From Octopus bimaculoides (lineage: Eukaryota): a stretch of 63,994 nt of DNA. The stretch lies in the NCBI RefSeq assembly GCF_001194135.2, contig NC_068986.1, positions 114,282,467-114,346,460 on the forward strand. The letters run 5' to 3'. Of this stretch, positions 25,844 to 39,260 are shown piece by piece. How positions within the stretch are numbered: position 1 is the first letter of the stretch; every line of letters starts with the position of its first letter. The notes beneath the pieces were generated by a model. The model did no database searches. It worked only from the letters and a program-made list of their open reading frames with translations, and had not been told where the DNA came from. The translations under genes and the position numbers were made by a program.

Positions 25844-26559
25844 NNNNNNNNNNNNNNNNNNNNNNNNNNNNNNNNNNNNNNNNNNNNNNNNNNNNNNNNN
25901 NNNNNNNNNNNNNNNNNNNNNNNNNNNNNNNNNNNNNNNNNNNNNNNNNNNNNNNNNNNNNNNNNNNNNNNNNNNNNNNNNNNNNNNNNNNNNNNNNNNN
26001 NNNNNNNNNNNNNNNNNNNNNNNNNNNNNNNNNNNNNNNNNNNNNNNNNNNNNNNNNNNNNNNNNNNNNNNNNNNNNNNNNNNNNNNNNNNNNNNNNNNN
26101 NNNNNNNNNNNNNNNNNNNNNNNNNNNNNNNNNNNNNNNNNNNNNNNNNNNNNNNNNNNNNNNNNNNNNNNNNNNNNNNNNNNNNNNNNNNNNNNNNNNN
26201 NNNNNNNNNNNNNNNNNNNNNNNNNNNNNNNNNNNNNNNNNNNNNNNNNNNNNNNNNNNNNNNNNNNNNNNNNNNNNNNNNNNNNNNNNNNNNNNNNNNN
26301 NNNNNNNNNNNNNNNNNNNNNNNNNNNNNNNNNNNNNNNNNNNNNNNNNNNNNNNNNNNNNNNNNNNNNNNNNNNNNTCTCAAAAAACGGTTAGTGTCAG
26401 TTTTTGTACGGGGGTTGAGTCTTGAATTTCTTTTTTGTTGGCGAGTTAGGGTGTTTCCATGCCATACTCTGCTTTTTGGATTCTGACTGAAAGTGGTGCT
26501 CCCAGATCTCAACTGGTAGGTTTATGACTATTCTCTCCAGAAAATGTTCGCCGTCAACA

Positions 26560-26880
26560 TTAAAGCGGTTGAGTAAATCAGATCTCTACAGAAATCTCTA
26601 CACGATGGCGCTTATGCGCTTCGGTAAACTCCTTTGGCACCCACCTCGCATGGAAGAGAAGTGATTGGTGGGTTATTTCGTATGCTGAACGATGACTAAT
26701 TCGCAGAGAACATGTTACTTTTTCGATGGTCACTCGCCGGTTCGTCAGAACCATCTCTCGAGTTTGTTGAATCTTCACGTTAGTGATGGAAGTTGATGGA
26801 CGTCCTACTCCTTGTTCGTGCTTCACGTTTGTCCGGCCATTAAACTTCTCGATCTACTTATACTCATACACACTTCTTTG
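26560..26880 (-). mobile_element. mariner transposase N-terminal (HTH) remnant
   Basis: ORF 26578-26826: GRPSTS...NRRVTIE...ISHRSAYEI...ARWVPKEFTEAHK (WVPxxL motif). Confidence 0.85.
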
Positions 26881-27759
26881 CGGCACCAAGACGTTCTTAT
26901 CATTTAGAAGATGAGACTGAGAAGCTTTCGAGAAGTTAAAGACCTTGGAAAGACTAATGAGGTAATAAACGAAATCAATAACAAACGGGGTTAAAGTGAA
27001 ACAATAACTATCTTTATCATTTTCCAACGAAAAACTGTTCCTCAAAAACAGAAATATGTGTTCGAATGTGAGCGTGCCTGTGCGAATGTGTGTGTGTGTG
27101 TGTGTGCGTGCGTGCGTGTGTCTGTGTGTGTGTGGGAATATATGTATATATGCCTGTCTGTCTGCTTTGCCTTGACCAATCACTGAGAGCATACAAAAGG
27201 TCCTGAGTGGCACTATATTTCTTCCTTTCACTGAAAGACAAAACATATTTGACAGTTTGTTTGTGGATAAGCTGTAAATAAATGTGTATGCGTATATATA
27301 ACAAACAACTTTCGCTGTATAAATAAATATAGGAGTTGATAATGACCAGGCGAATCTGGTCGAGTTGACTTTTGCTTCTTTCTGCGGAGAGAACCCTGTA
27401 TTTTAACTACTACGTCTATTTATGTTTACACAGTGAGGATAAATGTGTATTTAATTAACATACGAATAAAAATTTCCTTACGATTTATCTACAAACACAA
27501 TCTCATTTCATTAAAATATACACGTATAAAAATATGTACATATATTTATATATACTGTAACTGTATGTGTGTGAGTGTGTGTGTGTGTGTGTGTCTGTCT
27601 GTCTGTCTGTGTCTGTATGTGTATATACACACACACACATATGTATTTAGCATGGTCAGATAAATTCGTTCTTTTCTTTCCAATGTTATTTGAATTAATA
27701 GGAAAAGTATTATTACAACATTTGTTTATCGATTTTGAAATTTAAATAAATTTTATCTC

Positions 27760-28280
27760 TTTTCAGACAAGTAAAGTAGAAAACTAAGATTTGCATTTTT
27801 GTCATCTGTTTCTTTTTGCTTTCAATCCAGGTTCCAAAGCTGCCAAAGCCACTTGAGGCGTTAGTGCTGAGTATGAAGAAGGGGCCATTACGAACCGCAT
27901 GGATGTGGATTCCAAGCTTTAAGGGGGAGAAATTCGACCTCACAATCTCTGTACAACCGATCTGTTCATCTCTATGAGGATCGTTCGAAAAAACACATCC
28001 ACGAGGATTTGCGCCACTCCACTAAGGAATTAGCCCAACACATGGAATGCCCTCAACAACGATGTGGAGCTGAAAATGTGCCTGAATGAATTCTTCTAGT
28101 CACCACTCTTGATTTCTACTGTCGTCTGGAGGCCGAGGTTGAAGCCAATGGCGATTTTATTGAATAAATTTACTCTTTAGTATTTCAAGATATTTTTATG
28201 TAATATTGATATATCTGTTAAAATGAGGTGTCAGTGTTATTTTCATTTTTGCATAATTCAGACAGCAGTTTATTCACCGC
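27760..28280 (+). mobile_element. Internally deleted Tc1/mariner remnant
   Basis: HFCHLFLFAFNPGSKAAKAT...EKFDL...EDRSKKHIHEDLRHSTKELA (N-terminus) joined to LNEFF*S..DFYCR..VEANGDFIE* (C-terminus). Confidence 0.72.
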
Positions 28281-28284
28281 ACCC

Positions 28285-28545
28285 TTCGAGCAGCTGACTT
28301 GCGGTCGAGGGATCGGGCGATGTGTGTGTTTATGAGCGAAACACCTAAGCTCCACGCGGCTCCGGCAGAAAGTAATGGCGAACTTCTGCTGACTCTTTCA
28401 CCACAACTTTCACTCTTTTCCCTTACATCTAACAGCTCACCTGCGATGGACCGGCGTCCTATCTAGGTGGTGAACCTATACGGCAATGAAACAGGGAAAC
28501 CGGCCTTCATGAGTCAGGCATGTCTCGAGAAGGAACAAACAACAT
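28285..28545 (+). mobile_element. SINE with family-R 5' body and an alternative 3' module
   Basis: 5' part aligns to 13780-13940 (reverse complement); 3' part CCTGCGATGGACCGGCGTCC...GGAAACCGGCC...GAGAAGGAAC aligns to 29345-29450 (reverse complement). Confidence 0.75.
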
Positions 28546-29344
28546 GAATATATATATATACTATGAATATAATATAACAAAAAACTATTAAAAAACCAAA
28601 AGAACCAACAATGTGTATCGACTTATATACATTATTTGATTTATAATCAATTCATATCCATTTATATAAGCCTCTTCAGAGCTTTGGTTTAAAAGACAGG
28701 TGAAATTCCCTGTGAAAGGACGGCTGGATTGTAAAAAACTTAATTCAAATGCCTATGTTTAGGAGCGTCAGCGTTAACTATATAATTGCAATTAAAAACC
28801 AACAAAATTATAACGAACAAAATAATTAAGTAAATAGAATCTACAGCTATCGAAATATGTGTCTATTTATCTCAAATAATATTAATAATATTAATCCAAA
28901 TTCTGTTGGCTCGAAAACAATCTTAGGCTGTTTATGATAACATACAACATTAATGTATAAGTATCAGGCTTACTTAATCTAGAAACGGTAATAAAACGTT
29001 CGAATAAATATTAATGATTGTCATTTGAATCTCTCTATTTAATTTATTGTATGTAATTTGCATTATACCCATATTTCTGTGGTATTCAACTGACGTACCA
29101 GTGAATTGGATGTTTTACACACACCTTTGAAGGAATTCCTTTCCGTAGTTTGTGTACATGTATACATGTATGGATGCATGCATGCATGCACGTGTGGATG
29201 CATGTTTGTATGGATACATGCATGCATGTATGTATGTAGGGATTGATGTATGGATAGGTGCACGTATGTATGTATGTGTGTACGTATGTGTATGCAATAA
29301 ATCATTATGGGACAACGCAGTAGATTGGATAAAATCTGTTCCTG

Positions 29345-29590
29345 CAGGTAAAGTTTAGATAAAGTTTCCTTCCCGAGTCATCCTTACTCTTAAGGGCCGG
29401 TTTTCCGATTTCCACCTTGATGGGACCCCGGTCCGTCGTAGGGTTACGCATTTTTGCCAGCTGGGTGGACTGGAGCAACGTGAAATGAAGTGTTTTGCTC
29501 AAGAACACAACACATCGCTTGGTCCAGGAATCGAAACCACAATCTTACGACCATGAGCCAAACACCCTAACCACTAAGTCACACGTTTCT
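29345..29590 (-). mobile_element. tRNA-derived SINE with CORE-like centre
   Basis: A box TGACTTAGTGG, B box GGTTTCGATTCC, then TGTTGTGTTCTTGAGCAAAACACTT. Confidence 0.8.
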
Positions 29591-30697
29591 GCAACCTATT
29601 ACAATACCAATAAACTCGACGAGTACTTCATGTTTTTCCTCTAACAGCTGATTGAATCAGTTTGCAAAAGCCGTTAGGAGGCGATACATGAGGTCTCAGT
29701 CAGCTCCCTATTACCGATATCATGTATTTCCTCTTTAACTGCCTGACGATGTGCTGGCTACTATACTGGTGCATCTACTGGTTGCATCTATAGTGTGATG
29801 CTATGCGTTGCAGAGTACTGAAACATATGTAACAGATGAAATAAAGAAGCACCAAGTCAATATCCATGATCTTTTGATATTATCATTATTATTATTATTA
29901 TTATTGTTCAGTAGTTTTATTTTTATAACGTGCTTTCACTTCACTACCGAGCGCAGCTCTGTGTGCCTTGGGTATGTGCTGTGGTTTGCTGTTTTATTAT
30001 TATTATTATTACTACTGTGCTCTTTGTATTACGTCATAGCCCAACTCTGACTGCAGAGGACCCGTGTGTGCGAGCAACAGTGGGAGTTTAATGTGATTGA
30101 CATTGGAGCCGAAACTTTAATGATTCAATTCTAATGCGTGAGCGAATCCATACCTACGAATGTTTATACACGCACACACACACACACACAGATACATACA
30201 TGCATGCAAGCTCTCATACAACGGCCAGAACAGCCAACGTAACCACCACCACTGCCTACAAGCCTTTAGTACGTTTTTTGGTGTCAGGGTAACTTGATAT
30301 GCTGAGTTGTCTTACTTCCCACTTACATGAAGTAGCTTTTTACTCCCACATTCACAAATCTCAGAGAACAGCAAATAAAATATTGGCATTGGCACTGTCC
30401 TTCTTCATCAGATAAGCCATTAAAATTGGATATAAATACCACAAAAAGCATTTGGTCTTCCGCCATACCAGTTCTGTCATTCCAATAATAGAATAACTAA
30501 TGATAAAATGTAAACTGGATTTGCCGTGTCAGTTAGTCGAAGTCTCGGTTCACTGATAACACGTTGAACTTCACTCACACACACAACACACACACACAAC
30601 ACACACACACGTACATGGACAGATGCGTATGTATATATATAGAGAGAGGGAGAGACACGCACATACACACATATATATATACACATATACACCTATA

Positions 30698-30750
<53 letters not shown>

Positions 30751-31324
30751 AATAAGATTAAGATTAAGATTAATGTAATATAAAGCTGAANNNNNNNNNN
30801 NNNNNNNNNNNNNNNNNNNNNNNNNNNNNNNNNNNNNNNNNNNNNNNNNNNNNNNNNNNNNNNNNNNNNNNNNNNNNNNNNNNNNNNNNNNNNNNNNNNN
30901 NNNNNNNNNNNNNNNNNNNNNNNNNNNNNNNNNNNNNNNNNNNNNNNNNNNNNNNNNNNNNNNNNNNNNNNNNNNNNNNNNNNNNNNNNNNNNNNNNNNN
31001 NNNNNNNNNNNNNNNNNNNNNNNNNNNNNNNNNNNNNNNNNNNNNNNNNNNNNNNNNNNNNNNNNNNNNNNNNNNNNNNNNNNNNNNNNNNNNNNNNNNN
31101 NNNNNNNNNNNNNNNNNNNATGGTGGCAGCTGATGAAGGAAATGTTCTCTATGTGGCCTGTGTGTTTTCTGTACTTGTTTATCATTTGTCTACGTTTTGT
31201 TTGCAATGTCCTGTACCCAGATATGCATCTATATATACAGGTAGATGTAAGTATGTAAATACATGTACGTATAAAGATGCATATACTCATTTATTATTTG
31301 TATTATATATATATATATTATACA

Positions 31325-31489
31325 TAGGCGCAGGAGTGGCTGTGTGGTAAGTAGCTTGCTTACCAGCCACATGGTTCCGGGTTCATTCCCACTGCGTGGC
31401 ACTTTGGGCAAGTGTCTTCTACTATAGCCTCGGGCCGACCAAAGCCTTGTGAGTGGATTTGGTAGACGGAAACTGAAAGAAGCCCGTCG
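31325..31489 (+). mobile_element. CORE-like tRNA-derived SINE head (family C)
   Basis: GGCGCAGGAGTGGCTGTGTGG...GGGTTCATTCCC...GGCACTTTGGGCAAGTGTCTT followed by an internal TA/TG microsatellite. Confidence 0.85.
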
Positions 31490-32266
31490 TATATATGTAT
31501 ACATATGTATGTGTGTGTGTGTGTATGTTTGTGTGTGTGTGCGTGCAAATGTGTGTTTATATATATATGTGTGCCTATACATCTATACGGATGCATATAT
31601 GAATATGTGCATGGTCACGCATATAAGGATACACACGCACACACACACGCACACACACACACTCACACAAACACACAAATGCAGGTATATCAAATGCCAT
31701 GTAACCTAACTTCTTGACTTATTAAAATTACCTCCGCCGCTAGAGAATATGCCATAATTACCGAAAGGCAGTTAAGACCCGCAGCGAAAGAGAGACAATC
31801 TCCGGAGATGACCTGTCACGAAGGTAAAGGATCGGGCGATAAGACTTCGGACTGGGCGACGCGTTTCTGTCTCAGTATGCATCATCACCACGACAATTTG
31901 ACAGCCCTGTGTCCAGCAGGCCAGGGACTTACACATTTACAAACAAACAAACAAAAATAGAAGACTTTTTTTTGGTTTAGGTACTGTGTATGTAAGTTTT
32001 GGCAGTGGCATGTTTTTGAACAACATAGACAAATACAGGTATATCAAATAGCATATAACATAAATTCTTGGTTTATTAAAATTATTTTGAGGATGTGTCA
32101 TAATTACCATATGGCAATTGAGACCATATGTATATCTCTCCTTATATGTGTGCGAGCGTGCATGGATTTGTTCATGTATATATGTGTGTATGTGTGTGTG
32201 TATGTACGGGTGTATGCATGTGTAGCTGTGCATATACCCACTACACACACACATATATATTCATAA

Positions 32267-32316
<50 letters not shown>

Positions 32317-32360
32317 ATATACAACACACACATTTACACAACACAGACAGACAGACAGAC

Positions 32361-32414
<54 letters not shown>

Positions 32415-34410
32415 GAAAGAAAGGCTGTGGATTTTATAGATCAGTTTCTTTAATGTATACTTTTTCTCTTTCTCTTCTCTTTTATGTCTTTCATCCTTAG
32501 TTTCTGATGTTATTTCCTACTTGCATAATAAACTTTAATCGTATTTGCGAATGATTATCTTCCTTTCTGATAATGTTGGTTCCTCATTTTTGACAATATC
32601 CGGATTGGTGAATTACATATCCTCCTCAATACTAAGTAATTAGGAGTTTCTATTCTTTTTAATGTGAATATAAACCCACTCCCGACCTTCAGAAATGAGT
32701 ATAACTCCTAAAATATATTTATTATTTTCTTGTGATTATGTCCATGGACTGTAATTTTTGCTTCGGTGACATTTATTCCATTGAACTGAATAACTAAACC
32801 GGGTATCGTCCTACATTCCATTTCTTTACTCCTTTGTCCGGAGTAGTATTATAACTGCATTAATCTTTTAATATTAATCTATGTGATAGCAAGCCTGATG
32901 TATTTACAATATTTAAATATTTAGGAATAATTTCGGAAAACGAAAACCATCCTGAGCTGAACATTTGAAAGGACTAAACGTTGCTGTTTCATCTCCTGGA
33001 AAGTGCTTCGATGTGGCCACGTAATCGTTGCGTTTTGTATTGTTGTTGTTGTTGTTTTGTTTTTTTTAGGTGAAACAACTTTATTTTTTATTTAATTATT
33101 TATTTTTCTGTCTCAGATGGAATATATGAGATAGAGAAACGTTGGGTAAACGTCATAGATGAACATGGATCATACTTTGATTAACTAAATCAGTTCTCTA
33201 ACACTTCTGAGGCATTTTAGTGTTACCTTTCAAATACAACATTTCATGTGAAACAACCTAACACCTAGTACCAACGCTGACAGTGACGGTTCCCCCATCT
33301 TCAAATGATGTAACTTCTAGAATATGATACAATAAAGTTCTCAGATAGAAAGCTTTTTATATTTGGGGAAAAACTCGGCACAGTAGCGTGTGAGGTATAT
33401 TTTCTAGCATCACACATTTTCTTGTACATTACACCATGTACATTTGGGATAGCAGTATAGAACAGGCGTTTTTCATGTGATCTGGAGAATGCAAACAAAT
33501 TACGATTAAGCTTCATCCGTTCTGTTACGGTTGAATTATTTTTCGATAGTTTCTTCAGTTTGTTTTATTGTTTTAGAAACAAAACATATTGCCTGGTGTA
33601 CGGGTGGACATGAACCTCACATTTTAAACCCACCCTCACAATATCTTACAAGACGCATCGACTATCAATATAATTTCCTAATTAATGTTTGTTGTTTCTT
33701 GCATTTGTTTTTCTTTTCTTTTTTTTCTGTGTTGGTTATCGTTTTTTTTTTTTTTTGTACCCCGTAATAGTCACTGCTATGCGGTCGTGATATTCACGAA
33801 TACTAAACCATTAAGCCAACATATCATCCTCCACCATCAAATGGAAATAGTAATGAAAAGCTTTGACGGATCATAATTTGGATCAATAGACTTGATTCTT
33901 TGAAGTGAAGCCTCTCCTACAACACCACGTTTACGTAACGTAATAAGTCGTTCCGGTTGTAGGGTCTCCAACTTAGTATCTGCCGTAATTACCGCAAGTT
34001 TTTATATTATGTAAAATAATACATGTATGTAATTAAATGAAAAGAAACTATATTTACCTTTATGACTGAATAGCTGGCTTGCTAAAGAAATATGAATTCC
34101 ACTTCATTTATGAAACTAAATATACGTAACTAAAATTAATTGCTTAATGAAAGTTTTTCAGTTCCAATGTAAACAATGTCGTATATCGCTCCGATGATGA
34201 AACTTAATTGCGATGTGTATGAAACATAAAAAGACGTTGAAATCGATAGCTTAATGAAAGTCATTTCAGCTTTGATGCGAACAATGTGGTGTATCACGAG
34301 TGGATCTTATCTTTATTGAAATATTGATAAAGAAAATGATAGCTTGATAGAATTATTTCAACTTTGATAGAAACAATGTAATGTGTCGCTTAAGTGATTA
34401 AAAGGAACAG

Positions 34411-34500
<90 letters not shown>

Positions 34501-34727
34501 AATAATGTTATACGAATTGCAAATAAATACTAATTTAATTTGAATATAAATATAAATATATGTGAGTGTGTACACGTGTGCGCGCGTGTGTGTATACTGT
34601 GAGTATATATACATATATACAGAGAGAAAGAAAGAGACGCGTATAAACATACACACACACACACCACTAAGACACAAACCTCGACATAGAAATATATCCT
34701 TTTCGTATTTCATATATATATGGCGAG

Positions 34728-34888
34728 TGGGCGCAGACGTAGCTGCGTGATAAGAAATCTGCTTCGCAGCTACACAGATTTGGGCCCTTCCCTCTGCGTG
34801 CCACCTTGAATAAATGTCTCCTACTATAGCCTCGAGTCGACCAACACCATACCATATGAGTGGATTTAGTAGATGGAAACTAAACGAA
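34728..34888 (+). mobile_element. Degenerate family-C SINE head
   Basis: Colinear with 31325-31489. Confidence 0.7.
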
Positions 34889-34913
34889 ACCCGCTATGTG
34901 CGTGTCTATGTGC

Positions 34914-34950
<37 letters not shown>

Positions 34951-35453
34951 CGTGTGCGTGTGCGCATTTGTGTGTGTATGTATGCGTGCGTGCGTGCGTG
35001 CGTGTGTGCGTGCGTGCGTGCGTGAGTGCGTACTTATGTCTGTGTTAGTTTGTGTTTGTTTTTGTGTTTATCTCTCACCACCGCTTCNNNNNNNNNNNNN
35101 NNNNNNNNNNNNNNNNNNNNNNNNNNNNNNNNNNNNNNNNNNNNNNNNNNNNNNNNNNNNNNNNNNNNNNNNNNNNNNNNNNNNNNNNNNNNNNNNNNNN
35201 NNNNNNNNNNNNNNNNNNNNNNNNNNNNNNNNNNNNNNNNNNNNNNNNNNNNNNNNNNNNNNNNNNNNNNNNNNNNNNNNNNNNNNNNNNNNNNNNNNNN
35301 NNNNNNNNNNNNNNNNNNNNNNNNNNNNNNNNNNNNNNNNNNNNNNNNNNNNNNNNNNNNNNNNNNNNNNNNNNNNNNNNNNNNNNNNNNNNNNNNNNNN
35401 NNNNNNNNNNNNNNNNNNNNNNNNNNNNNNNNNNNNNNNNNNNNNNNNNNNNN

Positions 35454-35489
<36 letters not shown>

Positions 35490-35490
<1 letters not shown>

Positions 35491-36290
35491 CTCCAATGGG
35501 GTCCAGCTTGTCAGGCATTAACATCGTCTCACGAGGATGTTGTTAAAATATACAATATGTCGAACAATATCGATGAAGATATGGAACACTCCAATAACAC
35601 CGGTTCCTTATTTCTGCTTGAATTTGAACTCAAACGCACAGAGAATCTATCCATCTCCTCAACGATATACAGAAAAGTGTCATGCACGGGTGGATTTATA
35701 CATTACTATTCATCCCAACCCTTCAGAGGTAAGATGACCTATTTTAGAAATGAGACCTACAGGATAGCAAATGTAGCAGGCCAGGAAGTAAAAAGCACTA
35801 ACACCATACAGTTCTGAAATGTCCTGATGGACAATGGTTATCCATACTATTTCACTAAACACCAGGACAGCCCCAGACCATCAAATAAAGCCACATATCC
35901 AAAGATAACGTGCTTTTTTGAAATTGACTTCAGCAATCCTCTATAAAGAGGAACTGGACGACTAACACACTCAGTCTCTAACAAGTTAAGACCAAACAGC
36001 ACCTTATGTACATTACCCAACTGCCCGGTCAAAGACAAAAATATATACCTGCAGTCCTATGTGGCATACAAGATCACGTGTAGCAATATAATGAATTTGA
36101 CAGGTTCACATACGAGTTAAAGAACACCTCTCGCTAATGGTTCTTCCGTCAGAAATGCTACACTCAAGACATCCAGGTTTCCATTGAAACAACAGAAAGA
36201 AACATTGGGAACTTGTGGGTAAAAGAAGCCATTTTAATTAACAAACACAACTCACGAATCATTAGCAGATCCGAACTCCACGCAGCTGAT
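35490..36290 (+). mobile_element. Penelope-like element remnant (RT thumb and GIY-YIG)
   Basis: MEHSNNTGSLFLLEF...STIYRK...FIHYYSSQP; CPVKD...VAYKITCS...HIRVKEHL; EAILINK. Confidence 0.72.
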
Positions 36291-37009
36291 TGGCTACTAT
36301 AGCAATGAAAAACAACCCTTCATACATTCACACTACCGAGCAATATTTTTTTTTGCTTATAATGATAATTAAGTACACTTCTATCTATTTTTTTATTTAT
36401 ATTTATGTCTATATTTCGTACATTATAACTGAAAGGATCCGATTTCCAGTACACGGAGTTGCTCGTTTCCGATCAGCTACCAAACCGATCCTGGTTTTAA
36501 GTATCCATTCTTTGAAATCTTTTTTTTTTTTTTTTTATAAAATGAAAGCTTGAAGAAAACGCTTAACCTTATGTTCTTTCGTTTAAAAACTTCTGTGAGT
36601 GACACGTGCGAAAATAGCTGCTTCAGCTCACGCTTTNNNNNNNNNNNNNNNNNNNNNNNNNNNNNNNNNNNNNNNNNNNNNNNNNNNNNNNNNNNNNNNN
36701 NNNNNNNNNNNNNNNNNNNNNNNNNNNNNNNNNNNNNNNNNNNNNNNNNNNNNNNNNNNNNNNNNNNNNNNNNNNNNNNNNNNNNNNNNNNNNNNNNNNN
36801 NNNNNNNNNNNNNNNNNNNNNNNNNNNNNNNNNNNNNNNNNNNNNNNNNNNNNNNNNNNNNNNNNNNNNAAAATGACTGAACGTTTAGTGCTGACTGTGG
36901 AAAAGTCGGGAGAAAGAGTAGTCATAACTTGTCTAAATGACTGTGTGAACACACGAGAAACTTGTCTATATATGTGTAAATATACGTTCGAACATATATG
37001 AAATAAGAA

Positions 37010-38552
37010 ACACTCTCAGCGCGTGTCTTCGCATCATCAACCACCGCATGCCCAGCCCTCCTTTTAACGGGTGTTGGCAGCAAACGGATCGCCTGACCAT
37101 CGGAACGCATCCTTTCCACAAGAAGCGGAAGAGAATGCGTTCCAGTTTGGTAATGGTAGGGTCGGGACACGGCACGACGGTCAGTTGGAAGTAGATGACG
37201 GACGCGATGTAGGTGTTCGCCACCTCCGCCCGATCTTTTATGGACAGCTTCCTTTCGGTCCATTGCCAGGCGAGAGTGTCCACCCTACTCGTTATCTTGT
37301 TCCAGTTCTCCGTTTGAAGGTCCGGACCAATCCAGACCTCGAGCAACTCGACCGGACCGTCGCTCCAGTGTCCCACAACGGAGGCGCTGGTGGACGGCAT
37401 GGGCTTGCTTCTCCAGGTGCTGAACTGCAAGCCCACGGACTTTTCCCGGTTGATTTTCGCTCCTGCTACCACTTCATAGTCTTTCAGTGTCTCGCCGACC
37501 AGCTCGATGTGCTTCTAGCCAGACAATATGACGGTATGCAGATACGCTCGACCCGCATCCCAATTCTCACGGGATGCCCCTCAGCGTCGCCAACTTCCGC
37601 AGTAGTGGTACGAGAGTCAATACGTATATAAGCGATGAGAGGGGGCATCCCTGACGGACCGAACGTGCAATGTCGAAAGGTCTCCATAGACATACATTTA
37701 CGCGAATTACCGAACGGATACCTCTGTACAAAGCAGCTATCAAGCTGCGGAAGACGGGACCGAAATCAGCCGCTATGAGAACAGCCTCCAAGTATCGATG
37801 GTCTACCCTATCGAAAGCTTTGGACTGATCCAAATTCATCAGGGCCCTACCCATGTCAGGCTCCTTAACTACCCTGTCTATGATGTAGCGCATCAGATGG
37901 AGGTTGTCATGGATGATCAGGCCCGGCACGGCGCACGTTTGCGCCCTGTCGACCAGTTTCTCGATGACAAGCGCCAACCTTTTGGCTAACACCTTAACCA
38001 AAATTTTCAAGTCTGCATTGAGCAGAGTAACGGGCCTAAGGTTATCTATTACGTCCCCCTTGTTTGGGTCTTTCTTCAGCAGCGTTACGGCTCCTCGGCT
38101 CACAAAACCGGGACGCTCCCGTTTTACTGCCAGTTACCGTACACTGCTGCCAAGATGTCTCCAAACAAGTCTGGCATACAACTGTAAAGCTCGTTGAGTA
38201 GACCATCCAAACTCGGCGATTTGTCCTTCGAGCATTCTACCATCGCGTCCCGCACTTCCGCCGCCGTTATGGCATTTTCGCAGCACACTGCCTCTCATGT
38301 CGAGAATCGTGGCAGGCTGTGCAGGTAGGCACTGAAGTCCACCCTGCGCTCTCGCTCGCCACTCGTCCCGGACAGTCGGGTAAAATGCTAGTGAAAGGCC
38401 TCATACATTTTACTTGGCTCGAGTAATTTGCGCCCTTGTTCTACCAGAGACTGCAGGTGTTGAACTGCAGCTGTTTAAACGGAAGTAAACGAGCTCATCG
38501 GGCCAGACTTCCTGCAGTGGTCACGGGCAGTGTGACTTTCTCAGAACTCAGA
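37010..38552 (-). mobile_element. L1/Tx1-clade LINE ORF2 fragment (RT and post-RT region)
   Basis: ORFs 37567-38103 (LRPVTLLNADLKIL...LDQSKAFDRVDH...SVRQGCPLS) and 36966-37472 (GAKIN..KS...KLSIKDRAEVAN...KGGLGM); upstream KSPSLDGL. Confidence 0.95.
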
Positions 38553-38624
38553 NNNNNNNNNNNNNNNNNNNNNNNNNNNNNNNNNNNNNNNNNNNNNNNN
38601 NNNNNNNNNNNNNNNNNNNNNNNN

Positions 38625-38656
<32 letters not shown>

Positions 38657-38849
38657 GGCGTGTGACTTAGTGATTAGGATGTTGCACTCAGGATCACCAG
38701 ATTATGACGTTTCACGTTGCGCTAATCCACTGAGCTGTTGATGACTAACCCTAGAACTGACTAGCACTGCCTGGACAGAGGGGTAGAGTCCTTCGAAAGC
38801 TTCCACAGTGCATTGTGACTATCAGCGTATAACAACATCCGATAGCCAG

Positions 38850-38899
38850 GTCGATATGTATATATATATATATATACATACATATATATATACATTTAC

Positions 38900-38944
<45 letters not shown>

Positions 38945-39260
38945 CTTATATATATATACATATATATACATACATATGTATGTGTATATATATATAAATA
39001 TATAAATACATATATATATACATACATTTATATATATAAACACATACACATACAAATATATATATTTATACATACATATATATATATGTGTATATATATA
39101 CATACATACATATATGTACATGCATACATGCATACATACATACATACATGCATACATACATACATACATACATACATACATACATACATACATACATGCA
39201 GATATACACTCATATTCTATGTGTTTATCTGTGTGTTTGTATATTGATATACATATGTAT
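38850..39260. repeat. TA/TACA microsatellite field
   Basis: Directly visible. Confidence 0.92.

Noticed and set aside
27810-27980. Strong-looking splice acceptor (TTCTTTTTGCTTTCAATCCAG) and a following frame
   Set aside because: The same bases translate as the mariner N-terminus HFCHLFLFAFNPGSKAAKA, so it is a transposase relic.
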